This document shows positions 15,263 through 25,566 of a DNA stretch of 44,686 bases, piece after piece. The notes under the pieces were generated by a model that saw only the letters and a list, made by a program, of their open reading frames with translations, was not told the origin of the DNA and made no database searches. The stretch is from a virus (lineage: Duplodnaviria; Caudoviricetes), in IMG/VR virus record IMGVR_UViG_3300032233_000392, positions 1 through 44,686 of that record. The stretch is one strand, 5' to 3'. The number at the start of each line of letters is the position of its first letter. Position 1 is the stretch's first letter. The position numbers and the translations under genes are program-made.

Positions 15263-18200
15263 ACTGAAGAGGTGTTACTTGTCTAATTGCTCGTACGTCG
15301 TATGGAGCTAGGTTCTTATCTGTAGAGTACCCACGGATAGTTAAGCCATGTCTTTGTTCATAGGATTTAACTGAGCGTATGATAGTTTCCCCTTCAATAA
15401 TAAGCCCCGGAGTAGGGTAACGCTTGTTGTGCTCTCTAATTTTATTAAGGATGTTCTTTATCTGCTCAGGGTCTTTCTTCTGATCATGTATTGCTTCATT
15501 AAAACGGCTAAGTAATTTATTGCGTTCGTTTGTGCCTTCTGTCTTTTCTTTCATACGTTCAAAATTGTGCTCTTGAATACGTGCTAGTCGAGTAGGAGAA
15601 AACCCTAATATTTGCGCAATTATATTAAGCTCATTGATTTCTGAAGGTTTAAGTATTACATCCCCCTTCTTAGTTTCAGCACCCTCAGTTGCCAAACGAC
15701 CGGCTACTAAAGAACCTTTAAAGAAAGCAGGTACAAGTTTTTCTAACCCGCGTTCAATCTTGCCGTTACTAAAATCATCTATAGCACCAACCATGTTTAC
15801 ACCAGTAGAAACGCCCGGCCCCATGTTAGCAAGTATAAGATTTTGTGCTGTCTCAAAATAACTCTTTCCGGGCTTAGCTTCTCTCCACCACATGTTATCA
15901 AATGACGTACGAGAACCGATATTAATATCAGTAAGTGATGATATAGCACCTTTCTCTAGCATTTCACTAAGTCTGTGGTTACGACCATCAATTCCGGGTA
16001 TCTCAACATGCCCAAAGTTTTCAGGTAGCCATTGGTAACGGAAGCGTAGGTTAGAGCTATCAGCAGTTAATGGGTCATAGCGACGACGTTTTTTCTTTTC
16101 TTCTTCATCCCCAAAGGTATCAAGCACAGCATCTATTGTTGAGCATATGGTGCTATATAAAGGCATACCCACTAACCCATGGAATAACCCACCCATAGCT
16201 AATACGCCAGTTAAACGGTGCATAGCTTCACGGCTTTCTTGAGTAGTCAAAGCATGTCTAAACATGGTGTAAGCGTTACGAGTAAACCATGAAGTCATAA
16301 TCACAGCATACATTTTAAACTGTCCAACAGTTCTACCTACCGCATTTCTTAACATGCGGGGTCTTTCCATATTGTCATAGCGACCTAATAGATCATTGGT
16401 AGTCTCTACAGCTTTTTGCACAGACGCATCAAAGTTACCATTCTTTCCATACTCAAGTTCAAACGTCATCATGAAAGTAATTTCACGACTGATACGTTCA
16501 GCAGTACTAAACAATCCAGTTATACCATTAAAGAAAGTCCTAGCTATTCTAAATGTTTTGTTAGTAGACGCAGAGTCAGGAGTTTTTCTGTTGTTGGTTA
16601 TTACTGAAGTATTAGTAAGTTGAAATAGGTTGTACTTTTCTGTAGCTGCTCTAAAAGCATCTTCCAATCTTTTATTACCCTTAACCATCTTAGAAGCACC
16701 GACAGAAGGAGCAGTAAAAGTTATTTCTCCATTAGCTTCAGTATTAGTAACTCCCATGGTTTTCCATATCTGAGAGTACTTTACAAGCTTGCTAGCTGCC
16801 GCACCATACCCATACCGTGCATTGAGTGTAGGCATTACCATGATGGGCACAGAGGCCATTTGAGTAGCAGCGGAAGCCGCGCTAGTTAACAGCATAAGGA
16901 ACGCAAACTGGTTAATCCGTGTAGCTATCTGCCCTTGTTCTGGAGGGTTAATATCTTCCCTTGCACGAAGAGCAATTTCATTTACAAACAATTCAAGTTT
17001 ACCACCCTCAAGAGGAGGGGCACCGGCTAACGTATCCCGTGAACGCTGTATTGCTTTTTCAATCTCACTAGCGTACTTAAGCTTAGACGTTTGATTAGCA
17101 AACCGTGTAGCGGATACTTTAAAGTTGCGAAGTATATCGGCACTAAAACCGGTAACTTTTTCTGCGTGTAAGAATTGTTTACGGAAGCTACGCTCAGGCA
17201 ACGTCATCAAATAAGTTTGATATAGTTGATCTTTTAATTCCTCTTTAAACGCTGTACTAGCTGCTTCAGGTGATGGGTATGCAGATGAATCGTACTTAGG
17301 ATTAACAGCAATATCATCAATATCCGCAAACATTTTTTGCAGCATTTGGCTTTGCCCTTGAAAGTTCTGGCGTAAGCTAGTGATATCGTCACCTGATTTA
17401 ATGCCCGTATCCGTTGCCTTTGGGTCTATACCTAATTCTTTAGCGCGTTTGTTTAAGTACTTATTTCTTTCTGTACCGCTATCAAACATGTAGAACTCAC
17501 GACCTGTAGGGCCTTTAGGTATACTAAGCCAGTATTGACCATGCCGCATAAGGGGGAAGTAATCTTCTTCCGTAGGTTTAAACTCAACGTCTGTTAACCC
17601 ATCTGGATCATCTAAATCAACAGCGGTTTCTCTTGCTTGCTCTCTTATTAAACGAGCAGACTTAAGAAGTTTAGCTTTAGCAGCGGCATCTATAGGTAGT
17701 GCATCAATCTGATCATCTAGAATTTTACGAACAACCGTCTGGTTATCTTTATAGAACTGACGCACATCACGGTACATATCATGCCCGTTTTCTTGCTTAC
17801 CTAATTTTGCCCATGCGTCATACACTACTTTAAGATTCTTAGAGCGAATAGATATTTGGCTTTTAAAGCCGGGAGTAGAAGTTGCATCAATATTAGGATC
17901 AGCAATTTTCTTTTCGTAGGATTTAACTACATAATCATCTTTAATAACTTGATCTAAAGTTTTTAGATTGCCTGATGAATCGTAGAATGAATCAACACCT
18001 ACTTTCTTTAGACGAGCTAAGTGCATAGCATCGCTAAGTACAACACTTCCATTTTTAATAATAAATTTCTCAAGCGTATTGGCTAGTTTAGAAGAGGCAG
18101 CTAACCCACGTTCCCGCATAGCAGCCATTACTTGTACAAGTTCATCTACTTGCTTTAGCCCCGGAATTGCATCGCCCTTCCACCTAAGGATGTCGGATGT

Positions 18201-21200
18201 TTGCATAGTAGCAAGCAGCTTGCTAATAAATCCATTTTCCATAGCTGGAAATCTAGCGTTTAAATCATCCTTTAGCGTATCAGTAAATGAATGCGCGTCA
18301 TTTATAAGATCACCAATACCATTAGTTACATTTGTAGCAGAGTTAGAAATTTCAACTTTTGTTAAATCTTTATCTACTTTTGCTGTGTTTGCTGCCGTTT
18401 TCTTAGCAGCCTGTGCTTCCGTGTCTGGTATAGCTTCAGCCTTATTTATATCAGCCAACATTAGTTGATCAGTAATAATAATTAAATCCTGAAATGCCGA
18501 TTTATAGCCTTCACTCAAACCAAACATTCTTCGTATTGTTTGTACAAAATCAGTAAATATACCACCCCTTACTTTTGTATGTGTGCCTGTTATTCTTCCA
18601 TCAATACTGTTTAAGAACTTCTGCATTGCTGGCATTGTCATACCATAGGCAACAAACTCTTTTAAGTTTGTAAATGCAATATCAGGTATTTGCAGCATAC
18701 TAGGAGTAAGGCCCCCAGTAGCTTTAAGGATAGCGTGTTCTGTAGCTGCGTTTTCCATGATATCTAAAAGATATCTTACCGACCTTGCTAAATTAGAATT
18801 TTCGTCTAACTTTCCAGCGTCAAGTAATCTCTTATACTCTGATATCCTTGAAACAGTAGCCCCATGCACTGCTTCGTGCAAGATCACGGTGTTGTTAATA
18901 CCACCATCACGCATTACATAAATAGTTTTACTTGCTTCATGGTGCAAACCAACCGCACCTTTCATAGAGTTTTGTAGGTCTTTAGTAGGTAAATCTGTAT
19001 GACTATCCACCACTACAAATTTATAACCTGCAACAAAAGGTTTTATACGCTCAGCTAATACTCTTTCAAAGTCATTTCCATTCTTCTGTATCCAGCTTAG
19101 TGCTTGCGCAGCATTTTTAAACTTTTCAAATACTTTATTGTCTTCGCCATTAGTTGATTCAACTAGGCGTTCAGAGCGTTCTGCTTTACTAGTATTAAGT
19201 TCATATGCTTTTTGAGCATCTGAGCGTTCTTGTTGTGAAACCTTTGCAAGTACAGCTTTAGCGCGTTTACCGGCAATTTTATTTTTATTAGGGCCAACAC
19301 TAATTGCATGTGCTTTTATTAAAGCTTGACGTCTTTCATATGCTAACTTGTTAAGTTCAATTTGAGCTTCTTCATCAGTTTTAAACTGCTCAATAAATTT
19401 AGTGGGGTCAGCAAGTACTGCATCATATTGATCAATACTCTTATTAAGTTTATCTGCTTCTCTAATAGTATCTCTACCAGTTGCTTGCTGTTGTTTACGA
19501 AGGGCATCAGCTGCAGCTAACTCTTCAGGTGTTCTTGGTATCTTTTTCCTTCCAGCTTGGTTTTTAGGTTGAGCAGCTTTAACGGCATCAGCTGCATCTT
19601 TAGCAGCTTGCTCTTCAGGCGTTAATACTTTTTGAGGTCTACCACGTTTACCTTTAGATACTACTACGTTTCCATCTGCTTGTTGTTGCGCAGCGGCTTC
19701 ATCTAACTCATCTTGAGTCTTAGTATCAGAGTCTTTATCCAACGCAGCCTGATCTAGTACCTCTGCATTTGCAACAGATTCTTCTTTTACTACATTTGTT
19801 TCACCTTCAGCTACATTTGTTTCACCTTCAACTACATCTGTGGCTGCGGGTTCTTCTTTTGCTGCCGCTTCAATCGGCTTGGCTTCGGTGGTTTCAGTGG
19901 CATCAATTGCTCCTTGTTGTTGAGGGGTTTCTTCGGTAATAGTTGGTGCAGGTACATTGGCAGCAGCTATTTTTTTCTGATTGTAATTGTCTCGCCATGT
20001 TTTAAATATAGCGCGTTCTTCAGCATCTGCCGGTATACTCATAGTTAAATTACCCGCAGCTTTACCTTGACTGGGAAGGTTTAATCCCATACGTAAATCA
20101 CGAACAAGATCAGGCGATATGTTAAGTTTTTTAGCAATTTCATTAGCTGTTAAATCTTGAGCATGTAATTCAGTTACACTTTCAAGAAGTGCAGGGTTTT
20201 GTTTTTTAATAGCTTCTGTAATGCTTTGAGCGTTGCTTTGAACAAAACTAGTAGTTGATGCAGTAGTTGATGCAGTAGGTGCAACCGGTGGGGTTACTAG
20301 TGTATTGGGTTGAGTCGTTGTTCCATCTGTAGATACTTCAGTAGTCGCGCTAGCTCCTGCCAATTCTCCGGGCTGAGTTGTAGCAGCTCCTCCGATGGTT
20401 TCGCTTGGTTCGTTAGACACAGAAACGCCTGACTGATCTGTTCCGGTTTCAAGTTTATCTGTAACATTTTCACCCCCCAATTCTTCCTTAGCAAGTTCTT
20501 CTTTAGCAAGATTTTCAGCTTCTTCACGAGCCATGCCTTGAGCTTCAAACCGAGTAACCAAATCATTGAGTTTTTGATCCTTAGGTGCTGGATTATATAT
20601 AGCGTTTAATGCTTTGTACTCTTGCTGTTCCTCAGGAGTAAAGAACTCTCCTTGAGTACCTTTAACAATAACCTTTTTACCTGTTTCTGGGTCAGTTACA
20701 ATCTTATCTGGTATGCCATTTGTTTTGGCATTAAGTTCATCTAAACGAGCTAAGTCAGATTTAGTTTGTTCTTCTCTAGCTTTAGTCTCTTTTGTATTAA
20801 CAAGTTCTTTAGCACCTTGAGCAGTTGCACCTAAGCCACCGCCAACAATAGCACCTTCAAGAGTATTTTCTATTAATTGTTGGGTATCTACACCTTTCTT
20901 AGTACCCGCAGCACCACCAAGGTATCCAATGGCTTCTTCAACGCCTTCAGTACCCGATTGAAATGCAGTCTCTTTAGCTACTCGTGCAGTTTTTGTTTTG
21001 CCAGTAACTCCAGAACCTTTAAGCACACGCTTTGTAGCAAATTTCTCAAGGGTTGCTTCTAATACCGCTGCACCAAAAGACGTAGCAACATCACCAACGG
21101 TTGCGTCCTCAATTTTCTTTTCGTCGTTTTTAAGGCGGTCGTTTAATATTTCATTTGTTCTTGCCCCAATATACGCAGGGAACGCATAAAAGGCAGCAGC

Positions 21201-21659
21201 CATATCAGGGCTAGAAGAAACAATACGTTCAGCAATAAACGGAACAGCGTTTAATGGGTTCTTAGATAAGTCACCTAGTTTAGTAGAAGGTTCATAGTTA
21301 ATCTCTTTGCCCCAACCACGTAGAGAATCAACCCATTCAAACATAGGCTTTAACTGCTGCTTACTTTTAATCTCTTCTTTAGATAACCCAGAGAAAGAAA
21401 GCTTGTCATCTAAGTAGTCGCGTGAACCTTCAGCTATACGAGCAATACCTTCAATACCTGAAGCAGCTAACTCAGATGCTCTTGCCGCTGCACCTTTAAA
21501 TGGATTAGCGGTAGTAGTGGTTTGGGGTGGAGCTGCTTGTTGTAATGGGTTACCTATAGTCTCCCAACCATCATTAACAGGCGCTTTAGAAATAGTTTCC
21601 CACCCATCATTAGCAGGTGGTTTACTACTAGGAACAATTGTTTCCCATTCTGTAGCCAT
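15261..21659 (-). CDS. Giant internal virion / ejection protein (polyvalent type) with zincin metallopeptidase motif
   Basis: 2132 aa, last gene of the structural arm; ILHEAVH...EFVAY; KRGRP; helical C-terminal region. Confidence 0.7.
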   Translation of the reverse strand: MATEWETIVPSSKPPANDGWETISKAPVNDGWETIGNPLQQAAPPQTTTTANPFKGAAARASELAASGIEGIARIAEGSRDYLDDKLSFSGLSKEEIKSKQQLKPMFEWVDSLRGWGKEINYEPSTKLGDLSKNPLNAVPFIAERIVSSSPDMAAAFYAFPAYIGARTNEILNDRLKNDEKKIEDATVGDVATSFGAAVLEATLEKFATKRVLKGSGVTGKTKTARVAKETAFQSGTEGVEEAIGYLGGAAGTKKGVDTQQLIENTLEGAIVGGGLGATAQGAKELVNTKETKAREEQTKSDLARLDELNAKTNGIPDKIVTDPETGKKVIVKGTQGEFFTPEEQQEYKALNAIYNPAPKDQKLNDLVTRFEAQGMAREEAENLAKEELAKEELGGENVTDKLETGTDQSGVSVSNEPSETIGGAATTQPGELAGASATTEVSTDGTTTQPNTLVTPPVAPTASTTASTTSFVQSNAQSITEAIKKQNPALLESVTELHAQDLTANEIAKKLNISPDLVRDLRMGLNLPSQGKAAGNLTMSIPADAEERAIFKTWRDNYNQKKIAAANVPAPTITEETPQQQGAIDATETTEAKPIEAAAKEEPAATDVVEGETNVAEGETNVVKEESVANAEVLDQAALDKDSDTKTQDELDEAAAQQQADGNVVVSKGKRGRPQKVLTPEEQAAKDAADAVKAAQPKNQAGRKKIPRTPEELAAADALRKQQQATGRDTIREADKLNKSIDQYDAVLADPTKFIEQFKTDEEAQIELNKLAYERRQALIKAHAISVGPNKNKIAGKRAKAVLAKVSQQERSDAQKAYELNTSKAERSERLVESTNGEDNKVFEKFKNAAQALSWIQKNGNDFERVLAERIKPFVAGYKFVVVDSHTDLPTKDLQNSMKGAVGLHHEASKTIYVMRDGGINNTVILHEAVHGATVSRISEYKRLLDAGKLDENSNLARSVRYLLDIMENAATEHAILKATGGLTPSMLQIPDIAFTNLKEFVAYGMTMPAMQKFLNSIDGRITGTHTKVRGGIFTDFVQTIRRMFGLSEGYKSAFQDLIIITDQLMLADINKAEAIPDTEAQAAKKTAANTAKVDKDLTKVEISNSATNVTNGIGDLINDAHSFTDTLKDDLNARFPAMENGFISKLLATMQTSDILRWKGDAIPGLKQVDELVQVMAAMRERGLAASSKLANTLEKFIIKNGSVVLSDAMHLARLKKVGVDSFYDSSGNLKTLDQVIKDDYVVKSYEKKIADPNIDATSTPGFKSQISIRSKNLKVVYDAWAKLGKQENGHDMYRDVRQFYKDNQTVVRKILDDQIDALPIDAAAKAKLLKSARLIREQARETAVDLDDPDGLTDVEFKPTEEDYFPLMRHGQYWLSIPKGPTGREFYMFDSGTERNKYLNKRAKELGIDPKATDTGIKSGDDITSLRQNFQGQSQMLQKMFADIDDIAVNPKYDSSAYPSPEAASTAFKEELKDQLYQTYLMTLPERSFRKQFLHAEKVTGFSADILRNFKVSATRFANQTSKLKYASEIEKAIQRSRDTLAGAPPLEGGKLELFVNEIALRAREDINPPEQGQIATRINQFAFLMLLTSAASAATQMASVPIMVMPTLNARYGYGAAASKLVKYSQIWKTMGVTNTEANGEITFTAPSVGASKMVKGNKRLEDAFRAATEKYNLFQLTNTSVITNNRKTPDSASTNKTFRIARTFFNGITGLFSTAERISREITFMMTFELEYGKNGNFDASVQKAVETTNDLLGRYDNMERPRMLRNAVGRTVGQFKMYAVIMTSWFTRNAYTMFRHALTTQESREAMHRLTGVLAMGGLFHGLVGMPLYSTICSTIDAVLDTFGDEEEKKKRRRYDPLTADSSNLRFRYQWLPENFGHVEIPGIDGRNHRLSEMLEKGAISSLTDINIGSRTSFDNMWWREAKPGKSYFETAQNLILANMGPGVSTGVNMVGAIDDFSNGKIERGLEKLVPAFFKGSLVAGRLATEGAETKKGDVILKPSEINELNIIAQILGFSPTRLARIQEHNFERMKEKTEGTNERNKLLSRFNEAIHDQKKDPEQIKNILNKIREHNKRYPTPGLIIEGETIIRSVKSYEQRHGLTIRGYSTDKNLAPYDVRAIRQVTPLQ
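19790..19837. repeat. 21-bp tandem repeat (VxEGETN)
   Basis: CTACATTTGTTTCACCTTCAR twice plus a partial copy. Confidence 0.85.
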
Positions 21660-21661
21660 AA

Positions 21662-24600
21662 TTAAGACTTAGCTTTTCTTTGAACAGAGCCATTAACTAT
21701 ACGATAATCATATTTGTTCGGTTCATAAGTTTGCCCAGCTGCTTTTACCGCTTCTTCTATATTAGTTCCAGAGGCACGAGTAGAAGCATTTCCACCCCCA
21801 GCACTAGCAGGAACTCTAAATTGCTCTCTTAAATCAGCTTCATCAGCAGCCATATCAGCTTTAATTTGTGCTTTTTCTTCATCTGTTGCTGTTAATAATC
21901 TACCTGAGTAATCTCTTCTCATATCGCGCATTGCTTTATTAAAATTAGTTACCCTATTTATATTTAACTTTTCAGCAGCTACCCCCGTAGATGAAGCCGC
22001 AGCACCAGCGGCTCTTGGGTGCATAGAAGCAATAGCCATATTCAATGCTTTTTGTCTTAGCATTGGGTCATTAGGATTGCCTTTGGTTTTTTCAACCAAT
22101 GCTGCAAGATTAGCTTCAAACGCTTGATAGGTAACTGTGTTTTTAGCCGCTGCAAGTGCTGCAGCAATATGGCCTTTATTTGCCAACTCCTGTATTTCTT
22201 TGGATTTTTGAAGGGCAGCTTCATCTTTTCTAACATCATTTAATTGTCTAAAGAATTCGGCTCTTTCTGCTTCACCCGTAATTCCAGCCCGAGTTGCTAA
22301 ATCCATATCTTCTTTACGTCTACCGGATTCAACAGCGCTTTCAACACCCGCTATTTCTTTACGTTTAGCTTGTATTCCTTCATTACGTTTTATAGCTTCA
22401 GGCAATATTTCTCTAGCCGCTTGATTAACTGCCCGTAGTCCACCCGGTGTTGAACCAAACCGAGAGAAGAAGTCCATCATTGCATAACCTTTGTTCTGAT
22501 CTTCTAACTGCGGTAATCTTTCACGCAATTCTTTTGCGTATTTTTCTTCGGTTGTCATTGGTTTACCAATAACCCCAGCGTCAGCAAGTAAACCTCTTTG
22601 CTCTTCAAGTATGTCTTGCTTTGCACGAGGGCCTGTTTTTGTAAGAGACTCTGGTACTGCAGGTTTTGTAGGTGTTAAGCCAGCAACTATTTCTGGTGCT
22701 GGTTGTGGTTCATCAGTGGGTAAACGCTCTCCAAATGCTTGGTCATCATAGTCATTTGCGGTAAGTTCGGTTGAATCTTTCTTTTTAACTGTACCTCTAT
22801 TAGCAAACGCAATAATCCCACCATCAGCCATAGTTTCTAACCCCGGTGCAGGGGCTGCGGCAATACCTTGTGACGGTTGTGGAGCTGCTTGAGCTGCTTT
22901 GCTTTCAGCTTGCTGCTGTATTTGTTTTTGGGCAATAAGTTCATTAGCCATCGTACGAATTTCTTCGCTTGGGCTACTTGCAGCAATTTGTTTTAACTGA
23001 TCCACAGGCATCATGGCAAGCTTAGCTTGTATGCCTCTAGTTACCCCACTGCTAGGATTGGATTGAACTACACCAGTATCAGCATAACGTATTGTTCCAC
23101 CACTAGCCAAACCTTTAACAGCTCCGCCTTCTTTAAACAAACCAGCTCTAGCTGCACCTGCATAAGTACCTAAAGCACCTATACCTTGTTGAACCGCTGA
23201 AGGTTGAGCTTGATACGTTTGTGTAGTAGTTGCTTGTAGTGGTAGACCACGAAGCATGTTAGACATGAAGCCCAACTGCATGAGTGGGTACTGTTGTTGT
23301 GTAGCGTAGTCTTGAATAGCTTGATTAATCTTCTGTTGTTCAAGCGCTTGTTGCTGTGCACCATACTGATTCTGGGCACCTGCAATGGATTGCTGTGCTG
23401 CAAGTTGTTGACCACCAATATTAGCCAACTGACTACCCATAGCACCAACTTGACCTAAACCTTGTAAGCCATATTGACCGCCACCTATTGCACCTTGTAC
23501 ACCTTGTAGACCAGCTTGTGCGCCCTGCATACCCGCCTGTGCACCTTGCATACCTGCTTGTGTACCTTGTAGCCCAAACTGACCAGCGGCTAACTGCTGA
23601 CCAACACCAGATAATCCTGCCCCCGCACCTTGCATACCTTGGGCAGTACCAGCTAATCCTAACTGGCTAGCGGCTTGTTGTGCATTAACCCCAGCAAGAC
23701 CAGCTTGTGCACCTTGCATACCTTGACCATATAATTGGCTTGCACCTTGTAGACCGGCAAGACCTGCTTGCTGACCTTGCATAGCAGTACCCAACCCAGC
23801 TAAACCAGATTGAGCACCTTGTAGCCCAAATTGACCAGCTTGGTTAGCACCTTGTAATCCCATGCCGTAACCCTGCATTGCTTGAGAACCAGCTTGACCA
23901 ATACCTTGTAACCCAATACCTGCGCCTTGCATACCTTGAGCCGTACCAGCCAGAGCCGCTTGATTGGCGTTCTGTAATTGCTGTTGAGCATTAGTAAATG
24001 CAGTGTTGTAGCCTTGACCAATAGCTTGGTTCATAGCCATGTTTTTATTACGTTGGTTTTCAGCCGCCATCAATGCTTCACGGGAACCACCAAATGCACC
24101 AGCTTTAGTAGCACCACTTTGCTGCTGCGCCCCTGAAATACCATACTGCCGTTCCATCTCGGCAAGTTGTGGCTGTAATGATGCTTGAAGATATGGGTTC
24201 ATGTACGACTGAAGTGTGCCAGTGTCCCGCAATTGCTCACCTAAGTTTTGACCCGTCTGCGCCCCGGCGCTACCATACTGCGCACCAGCACTACCATAAC
24301 CCGCTGATTGACCCGCATATTCTTGCCCAGCTTGCGAACCTAACCCACCATACATACTAGATTGACGAGCTGCACGTTGTGCCGCGTTTGCACCTTGAGC
24401 GCCATACCCTAAACCACCCATACCAATATCAGCGGCGTTCTGACCATAAGCTTGTGCCTGTGGAGCCAAACCAGCACCCATTGCACCATACCCCGCACCC
24501 ATTGCACCATACATACCTGCTTGACGACCAGTTTGTTGAGCTGCACGTTGTGCTAACTGCGACCCTTGCATACCTTGCTGTGCGCCTAACCCACCATATA

Positions 24601-25165
24601 AAGCAGCTTGTAACCCTGCATCACCAGCAATACCTTGAGCTTGTTGAGCGCCTTGTAACCCTACATCAGCACCTAAGCCACCATACTCTGCACCTGCTTG
24701 ACCATAACCTAATGCGGCGCGTTGTAGACCTGCTGCTTGATCAGAAGCGTTTAATGAACCTAGGGCTGCTTGCCCAGTTAACCCAGCAGCAGCGTTATAA
24801 GCCCCGGGCATTTGCATATTAGCAACGGTTCTTTGGGCTTGTTGTTGCATTGGGCTAAACCCTGCAACGTAATCATTAACATTTGTACTGTATGGTTGAT
24901 AAGGCTTAAACCCAGTGATATCAAAACCACCATTCTCAGTAGGTGTCCCTTTAAATAACTGCTTCTGAGTAGCCTCCATCATGTTAGTTACATAGGGCTT
25001 AGCGTACTCAGGTACGTTTGTCTGGTAAGAAGTACTTTGAGTTGGTGCTCCACCGCCGCCGCCACCTCCAAAATAAAGTTTAGTTTTTCCGGCTTCTTTT
25101 TTAAAAGCGTCAAGATCACCGGGTATAAACCCTGCTTCTAACATTCTTGCGGTCATTTTGCTCAT
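21662..25165 (-). CDS. Gly/Gln/Ala-rich DNA ejection (pilot-like) protein
   Basis: FGGGGGGG..VPEYAKPY N-terminus, YMNPY, GAFGGSR, long G[LM]QGAQA repeats; follows a GNAT-like gene. Confidence 0.65.
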   Translation of the reverse strand: MSKMTARMLEAGFIPGDLDAFKKEAGKTKLYFGGGGGGGAPTQSTSYQTNVPEYAKPYVTNMMEATQKQLFKGTPTENGGFDITGFKPYQPYSTNVNDYVAGFSPMQQQAQRTVANMQMPGAYNAAAGLTGQAALGSLNASDQAAGLQRAALGYGQAGAEYGGLGADVGLQGAQQAQGIAGDAGLQAALYGGLGAQQGMQGSQLAQRAAQQTGRQAGMYGAMGAGYGAMGAGLAPQAQAYGQNAADIGMGGLGYGAQGANAAQRAARQSSMYGGLGSQAGQEYAGQSAGYGSAGAQYGSAGAQTGQNLGEQLRDTGTLQSYMNPYLQASLQPQLAEMERQYGISGAQQQSGATKAGAFGGSREALMAAENQRNKNMAMNQAIGQGYNTAFTNAQQQLQNANQAALAGTAQGMQGAGIGLQGIGQAGSQAMQGYGMGLQGANQAGQFGLQGAQSGLAGLGTAMQGQQAGLAGLQGASQLYGQGMQGAQAGLAGVNAQQAASQLGLAGTAQGMQGAGAGLSGVGQQLAAGQFGLQGTQAGMQGAQAGMQGAQAGLQGVQGAIGGGQYGLQGLGQVGAMGSQLANIGGQQLAAQQSIAGAQNQYGAQQQALEQQKINQAIQDYATQQQYPLMQLGFMSNMLRGLPLQATTTQTYQAQPSAVQQGIGALGTYAGAARAGLFKEGGAVKGLASGGTIRYADTGVVQSNPSSGVTRGIQAKLAMMPVDQLKQIAASSPSEEIRTMANELIAQKQIQQQAESKAAQAAPQPSQGIAAAPAPGLETMADGGIIAFANRGTVKKKDSTELTANDYDDQAFGERLPTDEPQPAPEIVAGLTPTKPAVPESLTKTGPRAKQDILEEQRGLLADAGVIGKPMTTEEKYAKELRERLPQLEDQNKGYAMMDFFSRFGSTPGGLRAVNQAAREILPEAIKRNEGIQAKRKEIAGVESAVESGRRKEDMDLATRAGITGEAERAEFFRQLNDVRKDEAALQKSKEIQELANKGHIAAALAAAKNTVTYQAFEANLAALVEKTKGNPNDPMLRQKALNMAIASMHPRAAGAAASSTGVAAEKLNINRVTNFNKAMRDMRRDYSGRLLTATDEEKAQIKADMAADEADLREQFRVPASAGGGNASTRASGTNIEEAVKAAGQTYEPNKYDYRIVNGSVQRKAKS

Positions 25166-25566
25166 AGTTTATATTCCATCAAAGTAGACTTCTTACTTAA
25201 TCCAGATTTGGCATAAAGCCTAGCAGCAGAATCTCTTGCGTAACAATGGATTCTAGTCGCCCCTAAATTCTTTACGATTGCACAAACTTGGTCAAACAAT
25301 TCTTGGGTTACAACATCTTTACCACCCAAAGCAGTAATACACGCGGTTCTATGGTTAGCACCGTTTTCAAAAGACACAGTTAATGCACCGTGAATTTTGT
25401 TACCCTCATCTACTATAACCAATAAAAGCCAAACACCGGTTAAAACATATGTTTTAATTTGCTCAATAGTATAATCATCACTGTACTTTACGGCTACTGT
25501 AAAATATCCTTCTACTAAATTCCAATTCTGGGCACAATAGTTTGTGGGTACTTGCTGAACAATCAT
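25162..25566 (-). CDS. GNAT-fold assembly protein (P22 gp14 / T7 gp13-like position)
   Basis: Size, ITALGG..GATRI...ARLY...G pattern, synteny among ejection genes. Confidence 0.55.
   Translation of the reverse strand: MIVQQVPTNYCAQNWNLVEGYFTVAVKYSDDYTIEQIKTYVLTGVWLLLVIVDEGNKIHGALTVSFENGANHRTACITALGGKDVVTQELFDQVCAIVKNLGATRIHCYARDSAARLYAKSGLSKKSTLMEYKL

Noticed and set aside
15261-21659. Virion RNA polymerase (N4- or crAss-like)
   Set aside because: No DxDGD/DFDID-type or T7-like catalytic motifs found by eye; a structure search would be needed to exclude it fully
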